Shown here piece by piece: positions 39,963 to 54,499 of a stretch of 64,000 bases of DNA. The DNA is from Octopus vulgaris. Its lineage: Eukaryota. The translations under genes were made by a program, and so were the position numbers. Location of the stretch: assembly GCA_951406725.2 (NCBI GenBank), contig OX597814.1, positions 193,130,001-193,194,000 on the forward strand, written 5' to 3'. Below the pieces are notes generated by a model, which saw nothing but the letters and a program-made list of their open reading frames with translations, had not been told where the DNA came from and did not search any database. Within the stretch, counting starts at the first letter, position 1, and each line of letters begins with the position of its first letter.

Positions 39963-40187
39963 GTATATGTTTGTGTGTCTGTGTTTGTTCCCCCAACATC
40001 ACTTGACAACCGATGGTGGTGTGGTTACTCCCCGTAACTTAGCGGTTCAGCAAAAGTAACCGATAGAATAAGTTCTAGGCTTCCAAGTAATAAGTCCTGG
40101 GGTCGATTTGCTCGACTAAAGGCGGTGCTCCAGCATGGTCGCAGTCAACTGACTGAAACAAGTAAAAGAGTCAAAGTATAAAAGAGA
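39733..40187 (+). mobile_element. SINE-B full length
   Basis: Family consensus match. Confidence 0.92.
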
Positions 40188-40224
40188 GTGAACCACCACC
40201 AGTATTTCTTTCTTTCTTTTTATT

Positions 40225-40525
40225 TTTAAAAGCCTGATACTTACTTTACCGATCAGTTTTGCCGAACCGCTAAGTTACGGGAATGTAAACACACTAGCAC
40301 ACTTGTCAAGTGGTAGTGGGGAGAATCAAACAGACAGAAAGACACACACACTTATATACGTTTACAGAATGGGCTTCTCTCAGTTTCCGTCTACAAAATC
40401 CATTTACAAGGTTTTGGTCGACCCGAAGTTATAGTTGAAGATACTTTCTCAAGTGCCACGCTGTGGGACTGAACCCGGAACCATGTTGTTGGGAAGCAAA
40501 CTTCTTACCACACAGCCACACGCCT
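40225..40525 (-). mobile_element. SINE-B, 3'-truncated and diverged
   Basis: GCCGAACCGCTAAGTTACGG...CTTACCACACAGCCAC. Confidence 0.85.
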
Positions 40526-40558
40526 CACCCAATATTTTGATATTTAAGACGGGAAAAT

Positions 40559-40762
<204 letters not shown>

Positions 40763-41249
40763 TTGTTATATTTCGGAATGGTCATATTGCCAGTTTAGCC
40801 AATAAAAACACACGCACTATATATTTGGTGTTATTTTGCTTCAGTGTTATTTATTTTTTACATTAATCTTAATCTTATTTCGGCCAGAGTTCTTTCGTCA
40901 CACTCCTGTGACCGCGTCAGTGGTCCTTTGCTTTCTTCTTTCTTATTTGTGTCTCTCCTTACTAACCGTCAGCCATTTTGTATCTCTATTGTATGTCTTC
41001 ATTTGCGCATGCTTATATCTCTATGTGCGTCTATGTTTATTTAGTGTGTGTATGTGGGGGGATGCCTGTAATATTTGTATCTTCTGTTTATATATGTTCA
41101 TGTAATTTATATTTTGTTTTTGTTGTTTTTGCTTATTCTTATTTTGTTCATGTGTTTACATCCACTTATTATCATTACATATGCTTGTAAGTTTGTATGT
41201 ATGTATAACAACAATACTAGTAATAATAATAATAAATCGAATGTATATG

Positions 41250-41463
41250 TTTGTGTGTGTGTGTGTGTGTGTGTATGTCCCCAACATCGCTTGACAACCG
41301 ATGCTGGTGTGTTTACTTCCCCGTAACTTAGCAATTCAGCAAGAGACTGATAGAATAAGCACTAGGCCTACAGAGAATAAGTCCTGGGATCGATTTGCTA
41401 GATTAAAGGCGGTGTTCCAGCATGGCCGCAGTCAGAATGACTGAAACAAGTAAAAGAGTAAAG

Positions 41464-41465
<2 letters not shown>
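41250..41465 (+). mobile_element. SINE-B 3' half
   Basis: CAACATCGCTTGACAACCGATGCTGG...GAAACAAGTAAAAGAG. Confidence 0.88.
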
Positions 41466-41504
<39 letters not shown>

Positions 41505-41646
41505 TTACCCTGTCAGTACATAGAGTGTGCTTTTTGTGGTTATAAGGGTCTTTGGCTCTTTTTTCTTGCAATGTAGGTGCCTGCCCTGCACCCTCAGTCA
41601 CTATTAGTGACAAGTGAAGTCAATTTTTCCTTTTTTGTTTTACATG

Positions 41647-41915
41647 CACTAATCTCTCGACTATCGCAGGAGTTTCGTTCTAACCCCCCCCCCCGCGATA
41701 GGTGAAAATCCGCAAAGTAGAAACAGTACTGTACTGTATATTTTTTTAAAACTATTTTTATAATTTGTATATATTTATTTTATTATAAATGCAAAACAAC
41801 ACCACGGAGGAATCGACGTAAGCTTAAATAATAAACCGCGATAGGTAAACCCTGACAGGTGAACTGCGATAGGTGAACCGCGATAGATGAATCACAATAT
41901 GGCGAGGGATTACTG
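41647..41915. mobile_element. pogo/Tigger-like MITE
   Basis: CACTAATCTCTCG ... CGAGGGATTACTG+TA; internal repeats GCGATAG(G/A)T(G/A)AA x4. Confidence 0.75.
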
Positions 41916-41924
41916 TATATATAT

Positions 41925-42700
41925 ATTGGTTTGGCAGATAAATTCGTTCGTTCTGTTTTTTCCATCGATTTTTTTATTAACATGAAAAATACTTTCATCG
42001 TAGTTTTATGCTTTTTCGATTTCGTTTTTTGTTTTTTTTTTGTCGTTCTGTTCTTCCTTTCCAACTTTTATTTATCGTTTCAGACGTTTATCAATGGAGT
42101 GTCAAGCTGAAAAAAAAAAAATGTGAATTTTCTACATCTGCTTCTCTTTGCTTTCAATCAATTTTCCAAAGCTGCAAATGCTGCTCGAAACATTTGTGCA
42201 GTGTATAGAGGAGACGCTATCACTGTACAGAAATGACTTTCACGTTTCAAATAGAAGAAATTCGACCTCACTGACCCTCTGCGTGCCATCCAACCTGTTC
42301 AGTTTAATAAGGATTGATTGAACTAACTCCTCCACAAGGATTTGCGCCAATCTACCAGGAAATTGGCGCAGCAGATGGGATGTTCTCGTGACACCATCAC
42401 CCGTAGCCTTTAGTCGAAGGGTAAAGCATGGGTTCCACACGCTCTAAACGAAAGCGACAAACTCCAACACCAACAGTCGCTAATTTGACCAAAAATGTTA
42501 TTTAAGAGCGCCTTCAGAATATTATGTCTCTCGGTCGCTATCCAACTCTTCGCAAGGTGTTCAACAACTACATAAAACGTGACTCGAATTCTTCGAGTCA
42601 AGACACTGTCAAGCTAGAATGTTGGCAAGAAGTCGTGACTGAACAATGAAGAAGAATATATTATTGACTGATATGTTTAAATAGTTGATGAAAAATAAGG
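41925..42700 (+). pseudogene. Degraded, internally deleted mariner element
   Basis: TIR-like TATTGGTTTGGCAGATAA; peptides HLLLFAFNQ..KAANAARNICAVY, RQSTRKLAQQMG, WVPHAL. Confidence 0.85.
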
Positions 42701-42965
42701 ATTACAATAAATAGAAAAAGCGTTGATTAATATTATCTTCTTGCCCCACAGACAAATAACAGGTAAGGTATAGATATATTTTAAAATGTGTTTATATAAT
42801 TTTTAATTAATTCTAATGTACTTTATTTTATTGTACGATATGGTAGGCTTTAAAATGATTATATTATTAGAGTAGTATTTTGAAGATAATTTTCTATGTG
42901 TACTCCAGAAAATAAGATTGTCCTGAAATTGGAGTTGTAGTCCTATTGGTAAAATCTCAAATTTG

Positions 42966-43019
<54 letters not shown>

Positions 43020-43020
<1 letters not shown>

Positions 43021-43262
43021 GCCTCGTACTTATTCTATCGGTCCCTTTTGCCGAACCGCTTAGTTACGGGGACGTAAACACACCAGCGTCGGTTGTCAAG
43101 TGACGTTGGGGGACAAACACAGACACACAAACATATACACACGCATACACATATATGCATATATATATACATATATACAACGGGCTTCTTTCAGTTTCCG
43201 TCTACCAAATCGTCGGCACGAGGTTATAGTAGAAGGCACTTGCCCAAGGTGCCACGCTGTGG
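43020..43262 (-). mobile_element. SINE-B internal fragment
   Basis: Family consensus match. Confidence 0.85.
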
Positions 43263-43419
43263 TAGAGTTTTATTGTTATTGTTGTTGCTCTGGTTGTTTC
43301 ACCGCAGGGCAACCTTCATAGAGCAGACCTTATGGTTCGCCATGTCCACTCAGTATTTTATGGATGTATAAGAAAGAATTATCCAAGATGTTCTTCACCG
43401 ATTTTTAAGACAGCTATGC

Positions 43420-43746
43420 GTCGAGAGGGATTCTTTGGGGTTTGAAAAGTACATCTCTGCAAACACGGATGTTTCGTTCATAATTCTTAAGCAACCCTTT
43501 TTCAGGGGCCATTTGATGGGGATGGGCTACTTGACCTGAAGAAAATTTTAATTGGACTCCACCTGCGAAATCATGCGCTGTTTAACTTGAGTTCACCATG
43601 TCGTTCACATATGGTTGTGATGCATGTTCCTGGTGTATCCTTATCAGGCGGGTATTCATGATGGGTATACTGGGCTTCGTATATTTGTACTCCAGCCTCA
43701 CTTTGGTGGCGTGTGCTACTCTCTCACTCAATAACAATAATAATAA
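43420..43746 (+). mobile_element. Probable retroposon 3'UTR ending in (AAT)n
   Basis: GC-richer block ending CTCTCTCACTCAATAACAATAATAAT; single copy here. Confidence 0.35.
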
Positions 43747-43749
43747 CCC

Positions 43750-44133
43750 TTTCTGCTATAGGCACAAGGCCTTAAATTTTAGGGTAAGGGGATAGTCGAT
43801 TAGGTCGACCCCAATACGCAACTGGTACTTAATTTATTGACCCCAAAAGGTAAAGTCGACCTCGGCGGAATTTGAACTCAGAACGTAGCGGCAGACGAAA
43901 TACCTATTTCTTTACTACCCACAATGAGCTAAACATAGAGGGGACAAACAAGGACAGATAAACGGATTAAGTCGATTACATCGGCCCCAGTGCGTAACTG
44001 GTACTTATTTAATCGACCCTGAAAGGATGTAAGGCAAAGTCAACCTCGGCGGAATTTGAACTCAGAACGTAAAGACAGACGAAATACCGCTAAGCATTTC
44101 ATCCAGCGTGCTAACGACTCTGCCAGCACGCCG
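43750..44133 (-). mobile_element. Dimeric SINE-A (type-1 tail then type-2 tail)
   Basis: Same internal junction (minus strand AAAGAAATAGGTATTTCGTCTG) as the 29898-30465 trimer. Confidence 0.9.
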
Positions 44134-45157
44134 ACTATATGTTTTCGGCTATAGGCATATGGCCTGAAATTTGGTATGTGGGGGCTAGTTGATTACATCG
44201 ACTTAGGGATCAGCTTGTTGCTAAATAGTTGAAGGCGAGTAAGATAGGATAAGGAAGAAAGATAAGTAATAAGAATTTAGTAGTGTCGTACAACAGAAGG
44301 AAGTTTTTGAGAGGATATTGTAAGTGGGTGAATGTAAAACAAAGGAAGATTGGAAGTGATAGTCGACAGAGAGGGTAAGAAAGAGGAAAGGCGATCATGA
44401 GGGAGGGAAAGAGAAAGAGGGCATGAGAAAAAGAGAGAGGTTGAAGGTGGAGCGAGTCTCTGAACAATAGTTGTTAATAATATTTGACTACGTATTCGTC
44501 AAGAATAATATAGTTCGAACGTTAAAATTAATTTGAAATTTAAATTAAGCAATTCGATTTGTAGCTTAGAGTTAGAATAAACCAAAGCTTGTTTTACATA
44601 ATTAAATATGTCACAAAAATACAGTTAGACATTAATGTAGATACATACATATTTAATGATTATATGTATTAAGGAATATTGGAAGTTTATATTAGCCATC
44701 ACAGGAAAAGGTATTGTAGTTTTGTCTTAAAAGTTTTCATGGCGTTAAGGGAGCAGAATGCTGTTAGTTTCTAAAATTATAACCTTTAGCATTTTCTGTC
44801 TCGTTGCTAGAAATCGAAGTAGTTGATTTAAATTTCAAATTCATTTTACTATTTCAGCAATAAGTACCATAGTTGCTGAATATATATGCAATTATTGATA
44901 ATAGTCAAAATATTGAAATTCAAAGATGAAAACGCAAACCATTGTTCTTGCTTTGTTTCAATTTTCTTCCACTTTACCCACTTTGTATATTTATTTCTAT
45001 ATTTGTAATGTTATGTTATACTAAAACATATTGCTCTATCTAACAATGTTGCTTTATATTAAGCATTACACATACACGCGCGCACGTTTATGCTAAATAA
45101 AATGAGACAAAACCAAGGGTGTGTAGAATTTTCAGGACATTTATAACGAGAAAATTA

Positions 45158-45205
45158 GCCTTACAGCTGTTTCTGGAATATTAGGGATATCCCTTCATCA
45201 GAGAC
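45158..45205 (-). ncRNA. Minimal type-I hammerhead ribozyme motif
   Basis: GTCT-CTGATGA-A-GGGATAT-CCCTA-ATATTCC-A-GAAAC-AGCT-GTA-AGGC: intact CUGAUGA and GAAA cores, GUA triplet, palindromic helix III. Confidence 0.72.
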
Positions 45206-45338
45206 GTTGTGAGATGGTTAAACAGAGGGAAACAGTAGAGTTCAAAATAAGGAGTTATTTTGGAAAAGGATGGGAATAAGAAGTATAAAGGGAAATAAAA
45301 GTAAAAATAAAAATATATGTAGGATGTCATAGTTGCAG

Positions 45339-45460
<122 letters not shown>

Positions 45461-45680
45461 TGTGAGAGGTAATGGTGTCAGTGAGACCCAGAGGTGTCAG
45501 GCAATGCTGAATAAGTACTATGAATAGACCATAGTTAAGTTCCAGGTTCGGTGATTATGCGAATAAGGGGTCCAATAAATTTTTTTCAGAAACAGCTGTA
45601 AGACCTATTTATAAATGTTCTAAAATCTACACTGCCTTGGTTCTTTTCTCAAAAAAAAAATTATATATATATATGACGTG

Positions 45681-46058
45681 GCACTCCGACGGTTACGACA
45701 ACGAGGGTTCCACGTGATCCGATCAACGGAACAGCCTGTTCGTCAAATTAACGTGCAAGTGGCTGAGCACTCCACAGACACGGGCACCCTTAACGTAGTT
45801 CTCGGGGAGATTCAGCGTAACACAGAGTGCGACAAGGCTGACCCTTTGAAATAGAGGTACAACAGAAACAGGAAGAAAGAATGAGAGAAAGTTGTGGTGA
45901 AAGAGTACAGCAGGGTTTGCCACCAACCCCTGCTGGAGACTTTTGGAGCTTTAAGGTGTTTTCGCTCAATAAACACTCACAACGCACGATCTGGGATTCG
46001 AACCCTCGATCCTACGACCGCGAGTTCGCTGCCCTAACCACTGGGTCATTGCGCCTCC
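45681..46058 (-). mobile_element. SINE-C full length
   Basis: Reverse complement of 5903-6283. Confidence 0.92.
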
Positions 46059-46092
46059 ACACACACACACACACACACATGTATTATGGTTA

Positions 46093-46290
46093 AGGCAGCG
46101 GGCTGGCACAATCATTAGTACTCCGAGTAAAATGCCTAACGACATTTTGTCCGTCTTTATGTCCTGGGTTTAAATGCCGCCGGTCTCGATAAAACGAGTA
46201 CCAATTGAACACTGGGGTCGATGTAATCAACTTAGCCCCTCCCCCAAAATTGCTGGCCTTGTACCAAAATTTGAAATCAATATTATTATT
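46093..46290 (+). mobile_element. SINE-A, internally deleted (type-2 tail)
   Basis: GGCAGCGGGCTGGCAC head; CCCCAAAATTGCTGGCCTTGTACCAAAATTTGAAA tail. Confidence 0.8.
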
Positions 46291-46899
46291 ATGCTTGTTG
46301 TTGTTAGACATCTTTCCTTGAAGTGTTTGAGTGTTTTGGGTGTTTAAAATAAACCATATTTTGGATTAATATGATTTGGAATTTTTGAATATCCACCCAT
46401 TTTACACAGAAGGGAAAAAAATAATTGTTGGATATTGTCTATCTTGAAAATATTTTCTTAATTGTGTAGCAACGTTTTGTTCCACGTCTGAGGAATACGC
46501 CTCTCTAAATTTTACACAATTTTTCGAATTGTTTTTAAAAGAACACGAATTTAAGTAAAAAAAAAACAACAACAATTGTGTGTGGGGGGAGAATGAGAAA
46601 TAGAAAGAGAAAATGAAAATACCTGAACAAGCAAACTTAAACATTTGTAACCAAAGAACAAAAAAAAAAAAATGAATAAATAAAACAATTTCACGGGTGG
46701 AACCAACAACGAAGAGGTACATTGTTTCAGTAATGTTGTTCGCCAAAACGTAATTTTGAAAATGGGTTAACTCTCAGAAAAAAAATATATATAAGGAACG
46801 TGGGACACTCTTGAAATTGTCTGCTGCTCTGTTTCATGATCCTATCAAAGAAAGGGCCCGGTATAAATTGACATACCTTTGCATTATTATGTATTGGTG

Positions 46900-47614
46900 G
46901 AGTATGGGGCTCAGTTTTCCCCTGAAAGAAGCAGCTAAGAGAAATCCTGGCTGATTTACAGAATATTATGGCTTCCATTAATCGAGGAAGAGCGTATGGA
47001 AATATATTCCTGGTTTTCAAGACTAAGAAGCAGGATGACAGGCTTAATTGATGCCTCAAACACCGACACACTGGCTCGTAGCACAATATATGGTGTGCGG
47101 TTATATATGTATGGTAGGCTACAAGGGTCACAAGCAGGAACAATGTCTATGGCTGTGATATTTACTTTAGTTTGTTGTCAGTTTTACGGCGTAGTACGAG
47201 CGATTGTCGAGGAGACCAAACAAAACAAAAACGTATGGCCAGGTGCAATCTGCATTTACATGATAAGGGTTGAGAGGGATTTACTGTCCTCAGTAAATTT
47301 GCTGAAAGGTAGGTGAATGTGGAGAGCATAGTCCGATGAGTGGGTCAGTCTAAGTTAACACCTGTATGCTGAGGATTAAGAGGGAGAGAGGAGCTCCTGC
47401 CATGATACTCTTGGTGATTAAGGTGGTTCCGGATCTACAGCGTTCCTTGGTTGACCCAGGGGGGCGTTTTCTCCATATTAGGGAATTTGTTAAGAATTTT
47501 TTCTTAGATGTTATTGTTTTTTAATTGTTTACACGTTTTTTTTATTCAAGTCCTCATTGCCCTTTGTCTTTGTATTGTCCTAAGTTTTTCGCGAACTTTG
47601 TAATTAATAAAGGA

Positions 47615-47673
<59 letters not shown>
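46900..47673 (+). mobile_element. Possible deleted L1/Tx1-like LINE relic with (ACT)n tail
   Basis: Degraded coding-like text (LREILADLQNIMASINRGRAYG; IRVERDLLS..FAER*VNV), T-rich 3'UTR, AATAAA at ~47606, (ACT)n 47614-47673; clade assignment tentative. Confidence 0.4.
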
Positions 47674-47674
<1 letters not shown>

Positions 47675-48690
47675 GCAGTTGTTCTTTTTTGTTCAAATGT
47701 TTTCGTTGTTGATGTTCATCTCAGTAGTAAGAAAACTTTTTGTGTTCCTCCTTGCGGATTGATTTTCTAAATTTTGTTTTTCAAAGAATTTGATCATTAT
47801 TCTTTGTGTCGTGTCGCGTAAACTTGTTTACAAAGAAAGATGAGATTATATCTAACTTCTTTTTTGTTGTTGTTGTTGTTGTTGTTTTGGCTCGTTTGGG
47901 GCAAAAAGAAAACAAAAAAACTTTAATTCAGCAAGCTAATATATTTTTTTTTGCCAACCGATTGGTATTTCAAATATGGCGACTATGACAACAATACACA
48001 TCTCCGCAAAAAAAAGAGAAAAAAATGAAGAAACAAAATTCAAACAAAATAATAGTGACATTTATGCTTTAAACAACACACAGGAAGAAGAGTTTTTTCA
48101 CCAGTAACGACATGTCGCGCCGTGACACACACAGTGTCAACTAAAATGGAGAAAAATATCTGCATTTTTCCCCCGTTGTCAGCAAAACTAACAGAGAAAT
48201 TTAGATTATGGACATAGTTCAATCCAAAGAGATGTGACAGAATTATGTCAGGGGTCTTATTTATTCAAGGAAGTTCAAGACAGAAAAGGAATTACTGACA
48301 TACTTCTACTTCATGAAGGAATGTGACTTTCTCTGTGCCCTTGAGAGTTTAATGAAATATGCACTTACCGATATGTAGACCATTAACCACATATCGGTCG
48401 ATCTGACCTTCAAACCGAAAGCACAGCGCAACTTTAGGCAGGTGGGGATATTGAAATATCTGCCTAAGACTCGTATCTCAATACCGAAGCCAGTATAACG
48501 CGCGCGCACAAAAAGTAACAGTCAGGTACATTGGCCGTGACATTGATAGCTGGCTTGTTGTCTCAGAAACGCAATATTGGCAAGTGCTATACGCAGAAGT
48601 GACAGGTAACATTTACACGCGAGGAATCTGCATGGTTTTGCAAGTCCTTATGATCTCCCAAAGCCAGAGGGTCTTTTCGGAGCTGTGATC

Positions 48691-49442
48691 TGTCATGGGC
48701 GCAAAGTCAATAGCGGTGAGACTGGCGGGAAAAGACAGAAAACCTGGCAGCTTAACTTGTGGCAGTAAGAGCCACTTCTGGCAATGCAGGAGAGAGGGAG
48801 AGTGTTGTGTGGACGCCTCCAGACGATGAAGTTGGCTAGCCCGATACGTAGATATAGAGGGAGAAGTCTAGACGTCGTCAGAGCACAGTTGAATAGCAGA
48901 GTAGAGTAGCAGTCGTAGTAGGAGAGCAAAGTGGAGTAGAGTTGAGTAGTAGAGGCATCCAAACGTGCGGCATAACAGAGAGAAAGAGAGGGAGAGGGAA
49001 GGTAAGGAGATTATCCGACAGTAACAACAGCATAACTGGTCGAAGCTTTGAAAATGGGAAAGGAGATTCGTCCTCGGTTTCAAAAGTCTGAGCTGTGACA
49101 GTGAGTGATTTTGTGTCAATCTGCTGAGTGACCTTTCTCTAGATGCAGTCAATAAAGACCGTGTGTGCTGCAGTACACCATCTCAGGTGTGTTACCTTCA
49201 CTCAAGCTTTTCAGAATATCAGCTGTTGTGGGCTGAAGTATTTTCTGTCCTTGGAGAAAATGGCCAGCCTTGAAGATAAGGGCCTCGCCTATTTGTGCCA
49301 GGAAATATACTTAGTGGTAGAGTCGCCTATTTGGAGCGACTCTCAGGACTTCAATTAAGTGCTATTCGTATTTGTTCACTTTCCAGTAAGTTTTGCAAAT
49401 TCTACGGTTTCTGTCATGTTTTGCGCCTCGCCAGTCACGACA
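48691..49442 (+). mobile_element. Candidate solo LTR or inverted-end element
   Basis: TGTCATG...CACGACA termini, AATAAA at 49151, GC-richer than flanks; no TSD seen. Confidence 0.4.
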
Positions 49443-49744
49443 TAACGAACAATCAGGACAGACGGTTTTAGGAGAAGATGAATTGCGTAACCTGTGGAAT
49501 GCATCCCTTCCGAAACAAGTAAACAGTTAGACATTCTAGTCCAGTCAAACAAAAATTAGAACAAGGCAAGACAGCCAAACAGTAATATAAATCCGAGGTG
49601 ATGCAAGCGTTCACCGCAGCTGCTTGACTTTCCAGGGATAGCTTCCTCTTAGCTGATTTCTGGATGAGACTAACCACCTAATTCATAACTTCACTTAGTA
49701 CTTGTCCAACAATGTGTTTCTCATCTGATCCTTTTTAACAATAA

Positions 49745-49955
49745 AAGAAGTTGGCTAATTCATTAGCGCGTAGTACAAAGTACTTAGCGGAATTTCTTCC
49801 GACACTTGGCGTTCTGGGTTCAAATTTCGCCTAGGCTGACTTTGCTTTTCAGTTTTTTGCATTCAATGAAATAAGTACCAGTTAAGTAATGGGGGATGAG
49901 GCAATCGACTTACTGCTTCCCCTAAAAGCTGTTGTCTTAACGCTAAAAATGCGAA
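49745..49955 (+). mobile_element. Diverged SINE-A
   Basis: GTTCTGGGTTCAAATTTCGCC..AAATAAGTACCAG. Confidence 0.75.
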
Positions 49956-50063
49956 ACCTTTATACATACATACGTACATATATAATTACATACAAACACA
50001 CATAGAAAGACAGAGACGCAAAACGCGCACACCAATATTTCTCTCCCTCCCTCTCTCTATGAT

Positions 50064-50370
50064 ATCTATTATGTAAAATCCGTTCTATCTGTGTGTGTGT
50101 CTTCTCGGATTTCGGGCGTCCTCCATCCGATTGCGCTCAAATTTAATATGTAGATACCGACGGTATCAGGGTATGTAAAAGTCTTGAAAAGATTACAAAA
50201 ATCGATTCCAGGTGACAATGCGATCGATAAAGCATTTGTACGCACAAGAACGTGATAGAGCCATTTTAGCGCCAACCAATGCCAACGTCAAAACGCTTAA
50301 CACTCACCTTCTTCGTCAACTGCCGACCCAGGAACGAATCTACACATCCATCGATTCAATTACTGACCGA
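50064..50370 (+). mobile_element. Helitron derivative: 5' end fused to PIF1-helicase fragment
   Basis: A|TCTATTATGTAAAA 5'-like end; peptide RAILAPTNANVKTLNTHLLRQLPTQERIYTSIDS typical of Helitron PIF1 helicase. Confidence 0.8.
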
Positions 50371-50404
50371 CTCTGTCATGTCTTGCTTTATATTCCGCTA
50401 AAAC

Positions 50405-50456
<52 letters not shown>

Positions 50457-50577
50457 GCTATTATTTTTATCATTGTATATGTGATTTATAATTGTAGAAA
50501 ATGTGAGTGTATATACTCAAATACATACACATACACGCACTCAAATGAAGGTATGTCTTAATGCGTACATACATATA

Positions 50578-50682
<105 letters not shown>

Positions 50683-50899
50683 GTATATGTATATATATAC
50701 ATATATGGAATGATTATGAGAGGCATATAAAAAGGGATACCCTTTAATACAGCACAACTAATTAGCGCTCTTCGGGGACATTAAAACTATAAGGCAAGAA
50801 TGTTGAACAGATTTCAAGGTCAATTGAATTGATACTGTATATGAATATATCTATGAGGCAAAGTGATTTAGTTTGATAAAGGGACTTGACTTGAAATCT

Positions 50900-51112
50900 G
50901 TTCTCCATTCTTGCCATGTTGAAGACACCTGTTGTTATGTCCTGTTATTTGCATTTGTATTTGTGTAACATTTCTCCGTCTTTTTCCGTTCTTGTTTTTG
51001 TATACATTCGCTGCTTTCTTCCAAGGAATCTAATGCTCTTAGCTTAGTTTTTCCTGGCCAGATTGGAGTAATCTCGAGTATAACCAGCCGAAATTGCAAA
51101 GATAATCTGGAA
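50900..51112 (+). mobile_element. Family P3 element
   Basis: Homologous to 14778-15030 (opposite strand). Confidence 0.7.
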
Positions 51113-51114
51113 CG

Positions 51115-51174
<60 letters not shown>

Positions 51175-51464
51175 GAAAGAATTATATTTTGAACTTCAAG
51201 TGCGCGCTTCATGTTTTGAAGCTCCGATGATACTCAAGCATTTAACAAGGAGTGCATTGCATCTTAACGCAGAAAGAGCTGCCAGCTAATGATGTTCGCT
51301 ACATAATCGTTTCTTCTTTTCTTTCTTCTAACCTCTTATTATCGTTCCGTACTCCACTGACGCTTCGTTCTGAACCAAATGGATATTGAGTTCTAACGGC
51401 AGGTTATTAGTATCGTTGTGCTTAAGCGATATGTGACCGCCTGTGTATCATTGGCGATTGTCTT

Positions 51465-52012
<548 letters not shown>

Positions 52013-52204
52013 TATATAAATTGATGTATATACGTCAACTTCTTCATCTTCTTTTTCTCATTCATAAATATTTAAATACCAATATACATCAATTCATAAC
52101 AAAAGTATTTAGTTTCCACTGAACACTGATATAAGCCAGAGAACTAGGATGCAGACATCCTTTAAAGGATTATATATATGCATGTACGTATGTACGCACG
52201 TGTG

Positions 52205-52652
52205 TGTATATATATGCGTGTACGTATGTATGTATGTATGTATGCATGTACGTATGTATGTATGTATGTATGTATGTATGTATGTATGTATGTATGTATG
52301 TATGTATGCATGCATGCATGTATGTATGTATGCATGCATGCATGTATGTATGTATGTATGTATGTACGTACGTATGTATGTATGTATGTATGTATGTATG
52401 TATGTATGTATGTATGTATGCATGTATGTATGTATGTATGTATGTATGCATGTATGTATGTATGTATGTATGTATGTACGTACGTATGTATGTATGTATG
52501 TATGCATGTATGTATGTATGTATGTATGTATGCATGTATGTATGTATGCATGCATGCATGTATGTATGTATGCATGCATGTATGTATGTATGTATGTATG
52601 TATGTATGTATGTATGTATGTATGTATGTATGCATGCATGTATGTATGTATG
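52205..52652. repeat. (TATG)n microsatellite with CATG/TACG variants
   Basis: Direct reading; similar array at 57905-58312. Confidence 0.95.
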
Positions 52653-52827
52653 TAACTGTGTTGTAAGAAGTTTGCTTCCCAGCCGCTCGGTTCCTGGTTC
52701 AATCTCACTGCCTGGCACCTTGGGCGAGTACTTTCTCCTAGAACCACGGGCCGACAAAATCTTGAGGATTTGATTGACGGAAACTGAAAGAAGCTCGTTG
52801 TCGTCGTCGTCGTCGTCGTCATCTCTC

Positions 52828-52863
<36 letters not shown>

Positions 52864-52897
52864 CCCTCTCTCTCTTTCTCTCTCTCTCCCTCTCTCT

Positions 52898-53072
52898 CCG
52901 AAACGCGGAGTAGATGAAACAGGGGACAACTGATGAAGGGAATGTTCTTTATGTTGCATGTCTCGTTTCTCTGTTTTTTTCGTTGTTCGAAAAAAGTTCG
53001 TTTTCTATGTTTTTGGTTTTATGTTTTCATTTCTCATTGTGTTCAACGTTTTTTTTCCGATGTCCTGTACCC
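52898..53072 (+). mobile_element. Family P2 element
   Basis: CCGAAACGCGGAGTAGATGAAACAGGGGACAACTGATGAAGGG. Confidence 0.75.
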
Positions 53073-53267
53073 ATATATGCATGTATACATATATATGTAG
53101 GTATGTACATATATGAATGTATATATGCATATATTTATTATTTATATTATAACCAACGTTGAACCCTTTAATTGCAATATTACCGAATCTGGAACTTAAC
53201 TATGGTCTGTCTATAGCACTTATTCAGCATTACCTGACACCTTTGGGTCTCAATGACACTATTATCT

Positions 53268-53328
<61 letters not shown>

Positions 53329-53650
53329 GTGTGGGTGTGTTTGTCCCCCACTACCTCTTAACGACCAGTTCCTGTAACTTAATGATTCTGCGAAACAGGC
53401 TGATAGATTAAGTAAAGGTGTCGTTTCGTTAGATTAAAATTCTTCAAAGTGATGCTCCAGGATGGCCACAGTCTTGTGACGGAAACAGATAAGAAAAACA
53501 TAGATATGTATATACACACGCGCGTGCCAGTTTGTATACGTAGAAAGGGAGAGAGAGATGGGGGTGGGATAATGAGAAAGTGGGCGAGAGAAATAGACAG
53601 GTAGATAGATAAATAGTTTGATAGATAGACAGAGAGAGAGAGAGACAGAC

Positions 53651-53713
<63 letters not shown>

Positions 53714-54025
53714 GATATATAGAACAGTGGAATGGTGTGCGTATGACATACACCCTGTCCCCTTCTCTCCTTCTCCTTTCTCTCTCTCCTTTTTCAATAT
53801 ATACATAGATGTGTGCATGTGTGTGTGTGTGTGTGAGTGTGTGTCTGTGTGTGTAAAGCATTTGTTTATGTGTGATGTGTTTGTGCGAGAGAGAAAGAAA
53901 GAAAGAGCTGAGTGTGTGAGTCAGAAAGAGTCGGGAAGGAAATAGAAAAGAAACAGACAGAGTCTGCAGGCAAAATAAATGGAATGAGAATTATAGAAAT
54001 AGAAAAATAGATTGCTAGAGAGTTG

Positions 54026-54114
<89 letters not shown>

Positions 54115-54132
54115 GTCTATCTATCTGTCTGC

Positions 54133-54208
<76 letters not shown>

Positions 54209-54245
54209 TCTATCTATTTATCTATTTCTCTCTCTCATTCTCTCT

Positions 54246-54302
<57 letters not shown>

Positions 54303-54420
54303 TACACACACACATATATATATAAACATATACATACCTACAAACATACACATATATATATATACAAGTATATATATGTATATGTATGTATATAAGTATA
54401 TGTACATATACAAATATATA

Positions 54421-54499
<79 letters not shown>

